Position numbers and translations under genes: made by a program. The notes under the pieces are model-generated. The model saw only the letters and a list, made by a program, of their open reading frames with translations, did not search any database and was not told where the DNA came from. From the human T2T-CHM13v2.0 reference genome, Homo sapiens: a DNA stretch of 64,000 nt. Of this stretch, positions 1-14,809 are shown in pieces. Location: assembly GCF_009914755.1 (NCBI RefSeq), contig NC_060931.1. One strand, given 5' to 3'. Position 1 is the first letter of the stretch; the number at the start of each line of letters is the position of its first letter.

Positions 1-175
1 AATAAATAAATAAAATATTAGCCAGCTGTGGTGGCGTGTGCCTGAGGTCCCAGCTACTCAGGAGGCTGAGGTGGGAGAATTGCTTGAGCCCAGGAGGTCA
101 AGGCTGCAGTGAGCCATGATTGCACCACTGCACTTCAGCCTGGGCTGTCGAGTGAGACCCTGTCTCAAAAAAATA
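1..175 (+). mobile_element. Alu right arm with A tail (truncated by window start)
   Basis: Alu consensus CCCAGCTACTCAGGAGGCTGAGG...GAGACCCTGTCTCAAAAA. Confidence 0.9.
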
Positions 176-405
176 AACACAATAAAATAAATGGGCAATC
201 AATGAGCAAGATTTGGTAATCTGATCAAATATAACAGAGAAGACACTAATAAACAACTATAGGAAATGGATGATTTTCAAAATATAATATAAATTATCAA
301 AATGACTCAGGAGGACAGAAAAACCTGCACAGATGGATAACAATAGAAGAAAAGTTAACAGATGTGGAAAAACCTTCCTCTAACAAGAGTGTCAAGTCCA
401 GCTAG

Positions 406-710
<305 letters not shown>

Positions 711-1299
711 AACAGCTAGTTTTTAAAAAACAAATATGGATACAGAAATGTCCAATGCAAGGCCCCAGCCAAGGAAGAGGCAGAGTCATCACTTATTGAA
801 TGAGGCGGTGACAGGCAAGACCTGTGGGCTGTTAGGGAATGTATGCGAGGGACACAGAGCTGGGACACTGAGTCCTGCATTCATGTTTATGACAACACAG
901 AAACAATGGGTTGGAAGAATAACATCATAATAGCTCATGTATACTTTGTGCCAGGTGCTGTCCTAAGCTCTTCTATGGATTAATTTATTGGATCCTCACA
1001 ACAGAGCTATGGAGAGATAAAGTAAGTTTCCCTTGTGACTCTTGCTAATACAAGGTCCAAACCCTGGCACTCTGTCTTCAGGGCCCACCCTGTGTCACTG
1101 AGCCATCCTGCCTCTGGCTAGCTGGAGGGAGGGAGAGACAGGCTGAGATGTCATTGCAGGAGCCACAGTGATGGGTGAGGGGTACTGCTGGGCAGTAGGT
1201 AGTGGGAGGAGAGGGCTGCAGACCCAGCTCACAGACACAAAAAGGGATGCATGCCCAGGGTGCTTGTTAGGACCAGGGTAGAACCAGTCTCACCTCTTA

Positions 1300-2180
1300 G
1301 CAGACACACACATGAATAAACATCCAGAACATATAAAGAATTCTTCCAACTCAATAAGACGGTGACAACAACCCAATTTTTAAAAACTCACCAAAAATGC
1401 CCACTAAGCATACAGAAATATCTGCAACATTATTATTAGTCAATCATAGAAATGCAAATTACAACCACACTGACATATCACTACACAGTCACCAGAGTGG
1501 CTAATATTTAAAAGATGGGTGAAACCAAGTGTCGGGAGGAGGATGTGGAGCAATTGGAATTCTCAAACACTGCTGATGGAAATGCAACATGGTACAGGCC
1601 ACATTGGAAAACAGTTTGACAGTTTTTCTAAGTTTAAACGTACGCTTAACCACACGATACTACTCCTAGGTATTTATCCCGCCAATTGAAAACCCCTGTC
1701 TACACAAAGACTTGTACTTGAACATTCACAGCAGCTTCACTCATCATAGCCAAAGCCTGGAAACAATCCAAATGCCCATTAGCTGGTGAATGAATAAATG
1801 GATGAACACACCGTAGCACAGCCATACAGTGGAATACTCACTGCTCAGCAATGGCAAGGGAGGGAGGATTGACACACTGCTGAGCTAGGCATTATGTTAA
1901 GTGAAAGAAGCCAGACACAGAAGACTATATTCTCAGTGGTCTCATGTATAGAACATTCTAGAAAAGGCAAAACCAAGGGGACAGAAAACAGATGAATGAT
2001 TTCCAGTGGCTAGGGTGGGAGAAGTGATTGACAGCAAGAGGTGGGGCTGAGGGAATTATTTGAGTGATGGGAAGATTCTGCCTTAATGGTGATGGTGGTT
2101 ATATAACCATATACATTTGATAAAACTCATCAAACTGTACACTTAAAAAGTGAATGTTACTGTATGTATATTATATGTTA
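1300..2180 (+). mobile_element. Old L1M 3' end fragment
   Basis: Degenerate L1 ORF2-end/3'UTR motifs (ACTCCTAGGTATTTATCC, CATCAAACTGTACACTTAAAA). Confidence 0.7.
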
Positions 2181-2181
2181 A

Positions 2182-2419
<238 letters not shown>

Positions 2420-2622
2420 TAGCTACCTGACCTTGGATGAATGATTCGTTCCTCCAGAGCTTCTGTTTCTTCACCTATGAAAAGGGAGAAGATGCCACCT
2501 CATTCTAAGGAGCTGCATGGGGACTAAAGGAAAAATCTTGACACTCAAACGCAATTTTCTGTTGTTACAGGGCCAAGGAGCTCTGGGCCTGAGAGGGGAA
2601 GAGTCTGGTCAGCATTGCCCAG

Positions 2623-3053
2623 TATTATAGCTGGATGTTTGCCCACCGGAACCTCATGTTGAAATTTGATCCTCAATGTTGGAGGTGGGGGGCCTAATGG
2701 GAGATGTTTGGGTCATGGGGGCAGATACTTCATGAATAGATTAATGCCCTTCCTTGGGGGCAGGGTGTGAGTTATTTCTTACTCTATTAGTTCTCAAGAC
2801 AGCTTACTATTAGGAAGAGGCTGGCACCTCCCTGCCCCCTTGTGCTTCCTCTCTCACCATGTGATATCTGCACATGCAGGCTCTGCTTCACCTTCTGCCA
2901 TGAGTGGAAGCAGACTGAGGCCCTCATCAGAAGTAGGCATTGGTGCCATGCTTCTTGTAGAGCCTGCAGAACTCTCAGCCAAATAAACCTCTTTTCTCTG
3001 TAAATTATCCAGCCTCAGGTATGCCTTTACAGCAACACAAATGGACTAAGACA
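2623..3053 (+). mobile_element. MaLR solo LTR (MST-type)
   Basis: CTCATGTTGAAATTTGATCC...AATAAACCTCTTTTC...GGACTAAGACA terminus. Confidence 0.75.
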
Positions 3054-3067
3054 CCAGGACCCCCTGA

Positions 3068-3812
<745 letters not shown>

Positions 3813-3864
3813 GCTTCCCCTTCTTCTTCAGGTCTCAGCCCAAAGGTCACTTGGAGAGCATCAC

Positions 3865-4263
3865 TGTATTAGGCTGTTCTTGTGCTGTTATAAAGAAATA
3901 CCCAAGACTGGATAAATTACAAAGAAAAGAGGTTTAATTGGCTTACAGTTTTGCAGACAGAACAAGAAGCATGGCGTTAGCATTTGCTTCTTGTGAAGCC
4001 CCTGGAATCTTAAAATCATGGCAGAAGGAGAAGGGGGAGCAGGTGTCTCATGCAAGAGTGGGAGCAGGAGAATGAGAGGGGGCCAGGCTCTTTCAAACAA
4101 CCAGCTCTCACGTGAACTCACTCATCACCAAGGGGATGGCACTAAACCATTCATGAGGGATCTGCCCCCATGACCCAGACACCTCCTTCCAGGCCCCACC
4201 TCCAACATAAGGAATTACATTTCAACATGAGATTTGGAGAGGACAAATATCCAAAGTATATCA
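3865..4263 (-). mobile_element. MaLR solo LTR (MSTA/THE1-type)
   Basis: TGTATTAG...TATATCA ends; near-TSD ATCAC/GTCAC. Confidence 0.8.
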
Positions 4264-6119
4264 GTCACTATCGGAAAACACTTCATGTTCTATTTGTTTA
4301 TTGTTAATTGTCTTTGCCCTCTAAGAGGCAATGCCCAGGAGAACAGGAACCCAGTCTATCTCATTCAGGTCTCCAAGACCCAGGGCCTGGCCCATCGTGG
4401 GCTCTCACTGCTCAGCAGCTGCTCTATGACCTGCAGACCAATGCGGCCTTGAGCTGTTCCCCAAGACCAGGCTCTGGTCTCACTTTCCCAGCATCTTGTG
4501 ACTCAGCACTGGCAAGGTCTCTGGGCTAGCCCCTGGGCTGCAATAGGAGCAAAAATGGGGCAGTTGTCCATGCGTGCTCCTAGGGGTGGGATGGATACAT
4601 TCTTGCCCTCTAACATCCAGTTCCCCTTCCTTCTTGCTCATGGAACCTCTGTTTTATTCAGGGGTCAAGTAGTAATGGACCCAGCACTGGGGGCTGAATA
4701 CCCTGGACAAATTCACCCTGCTGTCTTCTGCTAGAGCTGGCTTCAGTACAGTGAGATGTGAGAAGGAAGGCCTCTGGGGAGATATGGTGGGGATCCCCTT
4801 CCCTTCTTGTTTCCAGAACATTTTTGGGTTTGTTTGTACCTCCTGTGCCTGTGGCAGCATCTGGCAGATGTGGGGAAGGTTAAGAGAATCTGGAAAGCTG
4901 ACCCAGAGCCTGACACCAGGCTGAGAGCTGCCTGCCTCTGGACTCTTTCTTATGTGCTTTGACAATACCTGTTGGTGAATCCAGTTTTAGTTGGGTATCT
5001 GATACAGCCTAGACAACCCTAACAGACACGGTGGGCTTAACAGGTCGTTCTGTTCAGCTCCACGTGAGAGGTGCTCCAAAGAGATGGAAACGAGGCATAG
5101 TGGGCACAAAATGTAGTTACCGTTTACAGGGTGGGGTTTGGAAAAGCAGGTGAGGCAGCAGCTGGGGAGGTGGAGCTCCCAGCCAGGTGACCAAAATCCA
5201 GTGCTGTGCTGGAGAAGGGTTAGCAACTGGCTGTCCTGGGAAGCAGACCTGACTGGCAGCATTTGCTGCCTTCTGTGTTGTTGGCACTTCACCTGATGTC
5301 ACTCAAGGGGGAGTTGAGCAGAGGCCGTGCCAGTGCCCCTCCTGAACTGCAGCTTGGAGCCCTGGGTCTGTCATAGAATCACCCGATGCTTCCCTGCTCT
5401 GCCTGCCTCCAATCCAAAGATTTCCTCAACATCTGATCCTCCTGACCCACCCGGGCCAACTTGCCCACCTCTGAGAGGCTGCAGTTCTCATGGGGATTGG
5501 TTGCAGATGCACCCACTGGCTTGACGTGGTGGGCTGGGCTGTGTCTGAAAGGACTGAGGGAAGCAAACCATTCCACCCATTGCCTTTGTCCAGCATTACC
5601 AGCCCAACCAGCCAAACTCAGGCCACTCAGGCCAATGCTGCCCTTCTGGATTTCCTGGGAGGGTGAACCACATGCATGTCCTTTGCAACCACATTGAAAA
5701 TCTATTGGAGAGCTAATTTACTAATCGCAGGATCACTCTCTAGGATTACAATACTCTAGGGTTTTAAATGAAAAACCGTATGATGCCCATCTGAAAACTC
5801 CATCTAATCCCCCCAATATCACAAAACTCTCCAAATATAGCAATCCACAAAGGACTTCTGCATAATGTAATGTATTTAAAATACCAAGTACCTAATGATA
5901 TAATCCCTGAAGAACTCAGCAGTGGGTACATTTGTATGTAGTACGTGATGACCCTGTTCATTTCAGATGCTGTAGGAGATGCTATGGGTGCCTGCTGGGC
6001 CCCTGTGCCTACCCCCAGCTGCCCAGGGCTGAAGAGAAGAGCTGGACTTCTTTCCTGGGACTTACTCCTGATCTACAAAGTTACTTCACCTAGAAATACC
6101 TGGGAAGTTATGCCCTTCC

Positions 6120-6251
6120 CAGGGCTGGCGGAGAAAACACATTATGTTATGCACAATTTGGGACATATACTAAAAAATAATTTGTTGTTTATCTGAAATT
6201 CAAATTTAACTGAGTGCCCTAATTTTTTATTTGCTAAAGCTGGCAGCCCTA
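6120..6251. mobile_element. hAT-type MITE (MER53-like) inside the 5' LTR
   Basis: Terminal inverted repeats AGGGCTGGC/GGCAGCCCT; internal TTGTTTATCTGAAATTCAAATTTAACTG. Confidence 0.65.
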
Positions 6252-8434
6252 GCCTTTCCCCAGGGGCCTCCAGCCAGTGACTGACTCATGTAGGAGCACA
6301 AAGGCTGGCCCCTGCCTCAGAGGGACAACTCTGTGATGTCATTCACGTTTGAGAGCTCCCTGCTGGGTCAGACTGAGGCTCAACTGCTGCTGAATCTGTA
6401 CCTTTGCCTATTTCTACCCCATCTCATCCTGAGAGCACCCTCCCACTCAATCACAGGTGCCAGAATCCTTATCTCAGGCTCTGCTTCAAGAACCTAACAC
6501 AGTATACCAGGGGTGGTCCTAGAAATCAGCCTATGAGGGCGGGACTCTGGAGTTGGATCACTTCCCAGCTGGTTGCCACCTCACTGGTGGTAGGAGTACT
6601 GACAGTCTCTGGCACATTGCAGCAGTGGATCGCCAAGGCCCTGCCTGTGGGGAGCGGGGATGGGGGTAGACAGGGAGGTACTTTCTTACTCAGTGTCTCT
6701 GGCACCGAGGGTGTGGGGGAGATGCTAACCCGAAGGACTATGCCACTGAGACCTGTGGATCAGTGGAGTGATGCATGGAAAAGAGAAAATGGCAGGCTCA
6801 GGTCTATCGATTTAAAGCCAAGCCTGAGAGCCAGAGGGTCTTCTCGGCAGTGTTCAAAGAGATGCTTGTCTCCTGTAGTGAGGCAGGCAGAGCTGGAGAC
6901 CAGGCATAGGACTCAATTGTAAGAGCAGTAGCAGAACTTCAGCAAGGGCTGAGTCCTCCACCAAGGCAAGCCACGGCCCTGATGGGAAGGAGTATACACA
7001 ATGGTATGCTGGGAAATGGCCAACAATCTGCTGTCTAGAGATGCGGGATGCCCTGGTTTGTAGCATTTTCTGATTTTCATGGTTTAAATACACCCACCAT
7101 GGCCCATTTCCAGCTACTGACATAGTGTCACTGAATGAAGATTTGGAAAGAGATGTGTACTACTGGTTTTCTAATGTGCTAGTGAGTACACTTGAGAATT
7201 TTGAATTGCCAGATTCCCACGAGCCACCTGCATCTACAGAAGTAGTCTTGCTGTGAGAAGGAGGCCTTTTCTCTCTTGAAAAGTATGCAGATGTCTGAAA
7301 GAGACAAGTGCCCCAGGAGAAAATGAATGCCTTCCTCAGGATCGGCCCCTACCTCCCCTCCTGGCCACAAGGAGGGTCAAATCTCAGCATGGCCCAACTT
7401 GGACCTGTCAAGGAAGAAGAAAAAAATTGTATGCCAAAGGAACTCAGTCTTTGGCTAACAAGTACTAGCAGGAAGTGGGAGACTAGATCCCAAAAGTGCT
7501 GGATCTTATGCTTGCAACAGTCCCAAAGGTGCTGGATCCTGTGATTGAGACCAGATCCTGAAGGTGCTGGACTGGGGCAGGTGGGATATCAAGAGGATAA
7601 GGGGACTTTGCTGATGTGGGGGCATTCTCCTATGATGCAGGATTTAACACCCTAGCAAGGGTCCCAAGAGAGGGCTCTGATATATTGCTGGGGTTGCTCT
7701 TGGTAGCTTAGAAAAAGCAACAGCTCGATTAAATGAAGCAGGGATGCTTGAGTTTACATGGTGGGCCAAGAGGAAGTGACCAAAAGGATAAAAGAAATGG
7801 GGCAAAATATAACTGACCTACTCTATAAGATCAAAAAGCCTGTAAGCTGGCTATGTTCCCTGGAAAGGCAGGGAAGACACTCTGCTTCCCAGGCTGTAAA
7901 GAATCTGCTGGTGTCGGGCACATGGCTGAGGCTCAGTAGGGCTGTCCTTTGTAGACCAGAGTTGATGGGAGACAACTCTTTTTCAGAGCTTCTCCCCCTA
8001 ATGGCAGTGGGGATGATAGATCACTTAAGGGCAGAGACCAGGGGCAGCACTTAGAAGCACATCAGAAGCAAAGTGGGAATAATTATCATATTGGGCACCA
8101 AGGTCAGACTAACAACTAGAAGGGATTAGCTTATAGGGGTCTAAGGAGAAGGCTAATAGAGTGTTGGATTCTTAGGGGCTAGAAAGGATGAACAGAAGGC
8201 CAAGGTCAGTCACCCCAGTGGAAAGTTATGATGGAAAGGCACAGTTTCCAAACCTCAGCCAGTTCTCGAACCAGAACCCATTGACTGAAAGAGGGACTGG
8301 GTTCCCATGAGGAAAGACTCTGTAGCACCACAGCAAGTGTGTATAACAGGAACCTATGGCTATTTATATTCGACCACACTGAGTAAGGGTAACACTCAGA
8401 TCTTTTGATAGTGATTTCATAGCAATTCACACTT

Positions 8435-8734
8435 TTTTTTTTCTTTTTTTGAGATGGAATCTCGCTCTGTCACCCAGGCTGGAGTGCAGTGGTGTGATTT
8501 TGGCTCACTGCAACCTCCGCCTCCTGGGTTCAAGCAATTCTCCCTGCCTCAGCCTCCCGAGTAGCTGGGATTACAGGCACCCACCACCACGCCCAGCTAA
8601 TTTTTGTATTTTTTAGTAGAGATGGGGTTTCACCGTGTTGGCCAGGCTGGTCTTCAACTCCTGACCTCAGGTGATCTACCTGCCTCAGCCTCCCAAAATG
8701 CTGGGATTACAGGCGTGAGCCACCATGACCAGCC
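8435..8734 (-). mobile_element. Alu inserted in the ERVL
   Basis: Full Alu; TSD AGCAATTCACACTT at 8421-8434 and 8735-8748. Confidence 0.93.
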
Positions 8735-11700
8735 AGCAATTCACACTTATATCTAGGGTCCCAAAGTGCTGTCATGGCTGTCCTAGTAGAGTGCAGGCTT
8801 ATTGGGGTAAGACGACAAATATAGTTCTGGCCCAGGTATGTCTCAAATTGGATCCACTAGTTCTGTGTATTCACCCAGAAATCATTTCCTTGGATCCCGA
8901 ATAAATCATTGGAATGGATATACTTAACCATCAGAAGAGCCCTTACAATGGTTCCTTGATTTATAGAATAAGCAACATTTGTAATAACAAAGGCAAAGTG
9001 AAAATGCTGCATTCCCACCCAGCCAAAACAGAAAAACACAAATCTGGAGGGATGGCAGAAATTATTACCATTCTCAAAGACTTAAAGGATGTCTAGTACT
9101 TGTTAGCCAAAGACTGAGTTCCTTTGGCATACAATTTTTTTCTTCTTCCTTGACAGGTCCAAGTTGGGCCATGCTGAGATTTGACCCTCCTTGTGGCCAG
9201 GAGGGGAGGTGGGGGCCGATCCTGAGGAAGGCATGCATTTTCTCCTGGGGCACTTGTCTCTTTCAGACATCTGCATACTTTTCAAGAGAGAAAAACGTGA
9301 TATGATGGTCACATCATATCAACCTTTCATTCTCCAGTTTGATCTCTGCAAAAACTGGTTGGATCAGTCCTGACCCTTAGGCTATGTGATTGGCAAATCT
9401 GATGATACTCTGCATGGAATGTGAGATTAGGCCCCAACAGGAGTCACTGTCCAAACCCCTAGGGCTCCGGACCAAGGTCATGCCATCTGCAGCAGAGAAC
9501 CAAACACCACTTGTAAAGCATTTCCTGGCATGCCACTCAGCAGAGTGTCTGACCATAGGACATTAAGTGACCATGTGGCCATAACTGCCCATTATGAGTT
9601 TGGTGCTGTCAGACCCACTAGGTCATAAGCCATCCATCATAAGATGGAAATGGTATATCTGGAATCAGGCTTGAGCAGGTCCAGATGGCACAGATAAGCT
9701 GCAGGGACAGGTGGCCCAGACCCACCTGCCATCTACCACTGTTGCACGAATATTGGCCCCTGTGCCTCTCTTTCACCCACATGCAAATATGGCCTCCTGG
9801 TGGGGGGTGTCTTTTGTCTAGCTGCTGGAGGAGGGAAAAACCCATCTATGCATTGATCATGGATAGGTTAGTTTGGAATGTTGATGCAAGCTGGAAATGG
9901 ACTTCTGCTGTACTTCAGCCCCACTCAAGGTGGCCCTGAAAGACACTGGGGAGAAGAAATCCTCTTAGTAGAGTTTTGGAGGGTGCACCTGCTTATTCAC
10001 TTTGTGTGGAGAGAGATGTGGCCTAAGGTAAATATAGACTCATGGACATTGGTGAATAGCTTAGCTCGTTCTTCAGTAGCTTGGAAGGAGCAACATTAGA
10101 AGATTGTGGAAAAGTGGTGGCATGGGGAAAAGTTGTAGAGCTAAACCTGTGTGAGTGGGCACAAAGTATGAGACATTAATGACAGCCAGAAACCACTTCT
10201 TGTGGAAGAGGCAATAATAACCAAGTGGATAGGATGGGCAGGCAGCTGAATGTCGGCCACCATGCACTCAGAAATAGATAATCATGGGGTCAGAGAAGGA
10301 AGCCATGCCTGTGCCCAGAAGCATACATTCCCTCTCATCAAGGCTGACCTAGTTTTGCTGCTGTTGAATGTAAGAACTGCCAGCAATAGCGACTGGTGCT
10401 GAATTCCTGGTATAACACTGCTCCTGGAGGAGACCAACCAGCCACTACTGGGTGACAAGTTGGCTAAATCGGGCCCCTTCCAACCTGGAAAGGGCGGCAT
10501 TTTCTCTTGACTTGGATTGACATGTATTCCAGCCATCAATGGACTTGCCTTTCCTACCCTCAGTGCCGCAGCCTGTCCTGCTAACCAAGGAATCACAGAT
10601 AGGGTGGTGGAGCATCCTCTTGGAGGCACAGTGGAGCTGTCATCTTGAAGATGACACCCATGAGGAGGGCCCAGTCTCCTCCAGAATGCAATATGCACTC
10701 TAATGGCTATGGGATGAGGCCATGTTCCTGAAAGGTAAAATATGTGGGTTTGGGAACCAAGAACTCTTCATCACTCTCCATGATCCACTTGGGAAATTTG
10801 TGCTTCCGCCATTCACAACTTTAGGTTTTGTGGGTCTAGAAGTCCTGGTTCTCAGAGGGGGTCCTTCCACCAGGTGATACATTAACACATTCACTAAATG
10901 TACAGCTACAATTGCCTCCTGGTCATGCTGTGCTTCCTTGTGCCAGTAGCCAAGCAGGTAGAGAAAGGTATTACCATCCTGGCACAAGGAGCAAAATGTG
11001 GCAATTTACCCTTGTCATTAGGAGGTAGGACTACCGCTACATAATGGAGCAGGAAGAATATGGCTTGCACTCAGATGATTTGCCAGGGTGTTTCTTGGTA
11101 GTCTCATGTCCAGTTGTAATTGGGAATGGACAACTTACAACAACAATAGCCTGATAAAGGAATCCAGGATTCAGATGCCTCAGGGATAAGGGTTTGGCTC
11201 CTGCTCTAGGGAAGTCACCTAGACCAGCAGTGTTAGCCAAGGGGAAGGGGACACTAGAATGGATGGTGGGGATGGGGCATGATGGTGAGTATCAGTGACA
11301 GTCTTACAATCACATGCAGAAGTGGGCATTGTAGTTCATCCCTCTGTTTCTCCAATTGTAAGTTTTCCCTGAAGCTGTGCCTGGATGGAGAGAGCTTAAA
11401 GTGGAAAGCAGTAGGTCTGAGCAGTCAAGGGGTGGACTGTAGTGCCTGCTGTTGGCACCTCACTGGCTGACTGGCCTGCACACCCAGCCTTTAGCCGCAG
11501 TGAGCAGCAGCTGCAGACTGCTCACAGCTACACCCTTCTCCTGAGAGTTTCCTGGAAATGCCTGGAAGATCTTCCCTCCCCACTGGCCCTCAGCTGGTGG
11601 CTTTGATACAGGTACAATAGGCTGGCCCCTCTCCCAGGAGGGACAACCCTGTGATATTCTTCATGCATCAGAGCCCTTGTGGAACCAGACTGAGGCGGAC

Positions 11701-13469
11701 TTAAGCTGGACCTGCCTTTTTGACTGGCTTCTTACCTCTCGTTTTCTGTCCCCCCAACTTCCTTATAGCTTCTGCTGACAGCGCTCCCGCAAACACCATT
11801 TTCCAAGAATTCCAATCTCAGGCTCTACTTCTTGGGAACCTGACCTAAAACAGATACAAATCATGTTTTCCCTTCCTACTGTGCAGGCTGGCAGCAGACA
11901 AACGATGCAGGCAGGCAGTGAGACTCAGATTGGGTCCTCCTGTCGGAACAGCTGGGATATGATGTCCATGCCCTCTCCCAGGACCCAGGTGGAACTTGAA
12001 TACTGATTCATCATACTCACTTTTCATTTGGAGAGTGAATTTTGGGTAAATGACTTTGCAATCCATGAAAGTGAATACTCAGAACGTTTTCAGGTAGCAG
12101 AGGATCCCTGTACTTCCAAGACAGAGTGTTCATTGAGATCAGCCTCACAGCCGTGCCCTCTGGATCACAGCCCAGGAGCATGGAAAATCCCACTTCTTGG
12201 CCTCTCCAGCACTCCCCTTTCCTACTTGTTTATTGGCTGGGCTGATAGTTGCTGGTTGTCTACAACAAAGATCCCACTGGGGGGGCTAATACTCAGGTAT
12301 TGCCAGGTAAGGAATGCTGTGAATATCACTCCAGGTCACAAGTGCTTGTGTTAGGGGACTCCTGGGACTACGAAGGGTTTGGTAAGAGTAATCTGTGTTG
12401 AATCTAGCCTCATTTCCTTTTTCTTTCTTTTATAGTTTTTAATTTTTTGGTAATAGAGAACTTCGAAGTAAGTAAAGGAGATAGTATAATAAACCCTGAT
12501 GTACTCACTGCCTGATATCAATAATTGCAACCTTAATTCATTCCAGTATATTTTTACATGTGTTTCAGACTGAAATAAAGGGAGATGTTCAGCCTCAGGT
12601 GTAGAAGCAGTGAGACAATTTCCCACCACGGAGGAAGATGAAGAGCAGGAGAGGAGAGGCTGGCGGCTCCCAGGAGCAGATCACCTGCCCCCACTGCAAG
12701 GCCCCCGTGTGCTCAATAAACTGACCCTTGCGCAGAGACTAAGGCTCACTTATTGGAAACTATTATTGTTACAGTTACTAAGTAATTAACAAGTGATGCA
12801 TAGGGCTGGTCAGTTATGTGACTATACGTGCGCGTGTGTGCACGCACGAGTGCATGTTTAGTTCATTACAGAAACACCATCATTTCTTTGTAATCAGCTG
12901 AAATCACCACTCATTAGTGGGCCTCTCGTGGGCTATAACTGATTTTACAGCCACCTGTCATTTCTTTTTTCTTTACAACTTTGTGCGTTTGTGTTTTTCA
13001 TGGCATGCTCAGGGTACACTATGTTCTGCACGCAAGCAGGGGGCTGCACGGGCTCCAGCTCCCCTTCTCAGGCACGTCCCTCTCGATGTAATGTGTAGGA
13101 TGGAACTTCTTCCCATGCGCTCTGTGAAGGGGCCCCGCAGCTCCCCAGCTGGACAGCTGCTCTGGAGACTTTGGCAGGGCTGGGCACCTGTGGAGCCTGA
13201 GGCCAGACCCAGGGAGCCACACTGTGGGAACCACAGGGCACCTGGAACATAGGTTTAATCCGGGCCTGTCTGTGAGTAATAGTGTCACAGTGGGAGGGCA
13301 GGAGGCAGGGTGAGTCAGTGGCTCCTGGAAAGGGATCTGTCATGACTCACATGGCGTTTCTTCCCTCATCCTTCTATCCTTCTACTTGCAGGACTTTCCT
13401 ACAATTCTGTCTGTGCTGGTTCACGGTTATGTAGCATCAGGATGGGGCTCCCTCTTTGCTCAGGCCAGC

Positions 13470-13775
13470 AAAAGAGAGACAGAAAGAGAGAGAGAGATTG
13501 AGAGAGTGAGAAAAACAGATATACACACACACACACACAGAAAAAGAAACAAAGCGAAATACAGAAAGATAGACACAGAGAGAGAGTGAGAAAAACAGAT
13601 ACACACACACACACACAGAGAAAAAGAAACAAAGCGAAATACAGAAAGGTAGACACAGAGAGAGAGAGAGACAGAGTGACAGAGACAGAGAGAGAATACT
13701 ACAGACAGACACACAGAGAGACAATGAGACAGAGAGAGAGGGGGAGAAAGAGACAGAAAGAGAGAGATACAGAGA
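13470..13775. repeat. GA/CA-rich low-complexity tract with an 80-bp tandem duplication (13501-13580, 13581-13660)
   Basis: AAAAAGAAACAAAGCGAAATACAGAAAG occurs twice, 80 bp apart. Confidence 0.9.
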
Positions 13776-14809
13776 AGTTCACACAGCTGTGAGGGGGCTA
13801 AAGGAGGAAGTGTCCACTCCTGAGAAGGGAAGGGAAGAGAAAGGCAGAAGGAGGGGCTGGGCCAGGTGTCCCAACACAGGGATAGGAGCACACAGGGGAC
13901 ATGCCTGGGCTGCCTCCAAAGGCCTGGCTCAGCTGAGGAATGACAGACTCCACAAGGGGCTTCCCACATCAGATGGGCCAGAATGTTCCCCTGGAGGTCA
14001 CTAAACAGGGGCTCAAATCTCTCTTGCCTTGGGGTGGCTTCAAGGCAGAGGCCAGGGGCACTTTGTGCCTCTCTCCATCTGTCCCCTCTCCTCCTGGGGG
14101 TCTTGCTGTGGGCAGGTGCAGGTGTGGGCCTAGCTGCATCAGTCAGAGGGGCTCACGCTGGGGCTTCTGTGGCCCACTGATCCCCTGGATCTCACTAATG
14201 ATGTCCCCTTTGGCTTGCTCCTGCCCTGGGGCTTCCTAGACATAGCTACTCCTTCTGAGGGGTCCTCATCCCCAGAGGCCTGGGCCACAGGCAGCAGAGT
14301 GCTTCTCCTGGGGACAGCCCCCACTCTTGTCACCTCCCAGCCTGGCCCAGCCTCCTGTCCTGGCTACAGCAGGGGCACTGGGGTTGTGACACGGCATATG
14401 ATGGATGGCCCAGCCCTGGTCCCACAGATGCAGCCCCAGCCCTCACCCCCACACCAGCTGCCTGCCCACAGCGTGCCCATTCCCTGAAGTCAGGGACCTG
14501 TCACTGCTCCGCTAGGCCTTGGCGCTGCCTGCTCCTCCCACACGGGCCCCTCCTCCCAGCACACCTGCTTGGGGGCCACCTGGAGCTTTGCACTCTGCAC
14601 ACCTGTCTCAGAGCAGGTGCCATGGCAGTATGGGGGGGCATCTCTCCTGCTGGGGCCCAGGACAATTCCTGCCAGGGATGTGGGTAAGCATGATGGAGTG
14701 CACCTTATTCCATCCTCATTCCACTTCTGAGCCTGCTCCTTCAATGGGGCAAAGGTGTCCAGGGCAGCTGGAGGGAGGAAGGTCAGTTCCTCCCGGCATG
14801 CCCTCCTGG

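Larger units (their letters stand above)
5971..11852 (+). mobile_element. Decayed two-LTR ERVL-class provirus (LTR16-like LTRs ~5971-6501 and 11438-11852)
   Basis: Both LTRs start TGTAG and share a 3' motif ATCTCAGGCTCT(G/A)CTTC...ACCTAA..ACA; purine tract AAGGGGTGGAC before the 3' LTR; 5-bp near-TSD GATGC (5966-5970)/GATAC (11853-11857); pol-like remnant LKDLKD near 9075-9090. Confidence 0.75.

Noticed and set aside
7179-9373. Twin ORFs MWPGGEVGADPEEG as duplicated small genes
   Set aside because: By-products of the inverted duplication; non-ATG starts and no gene structure.
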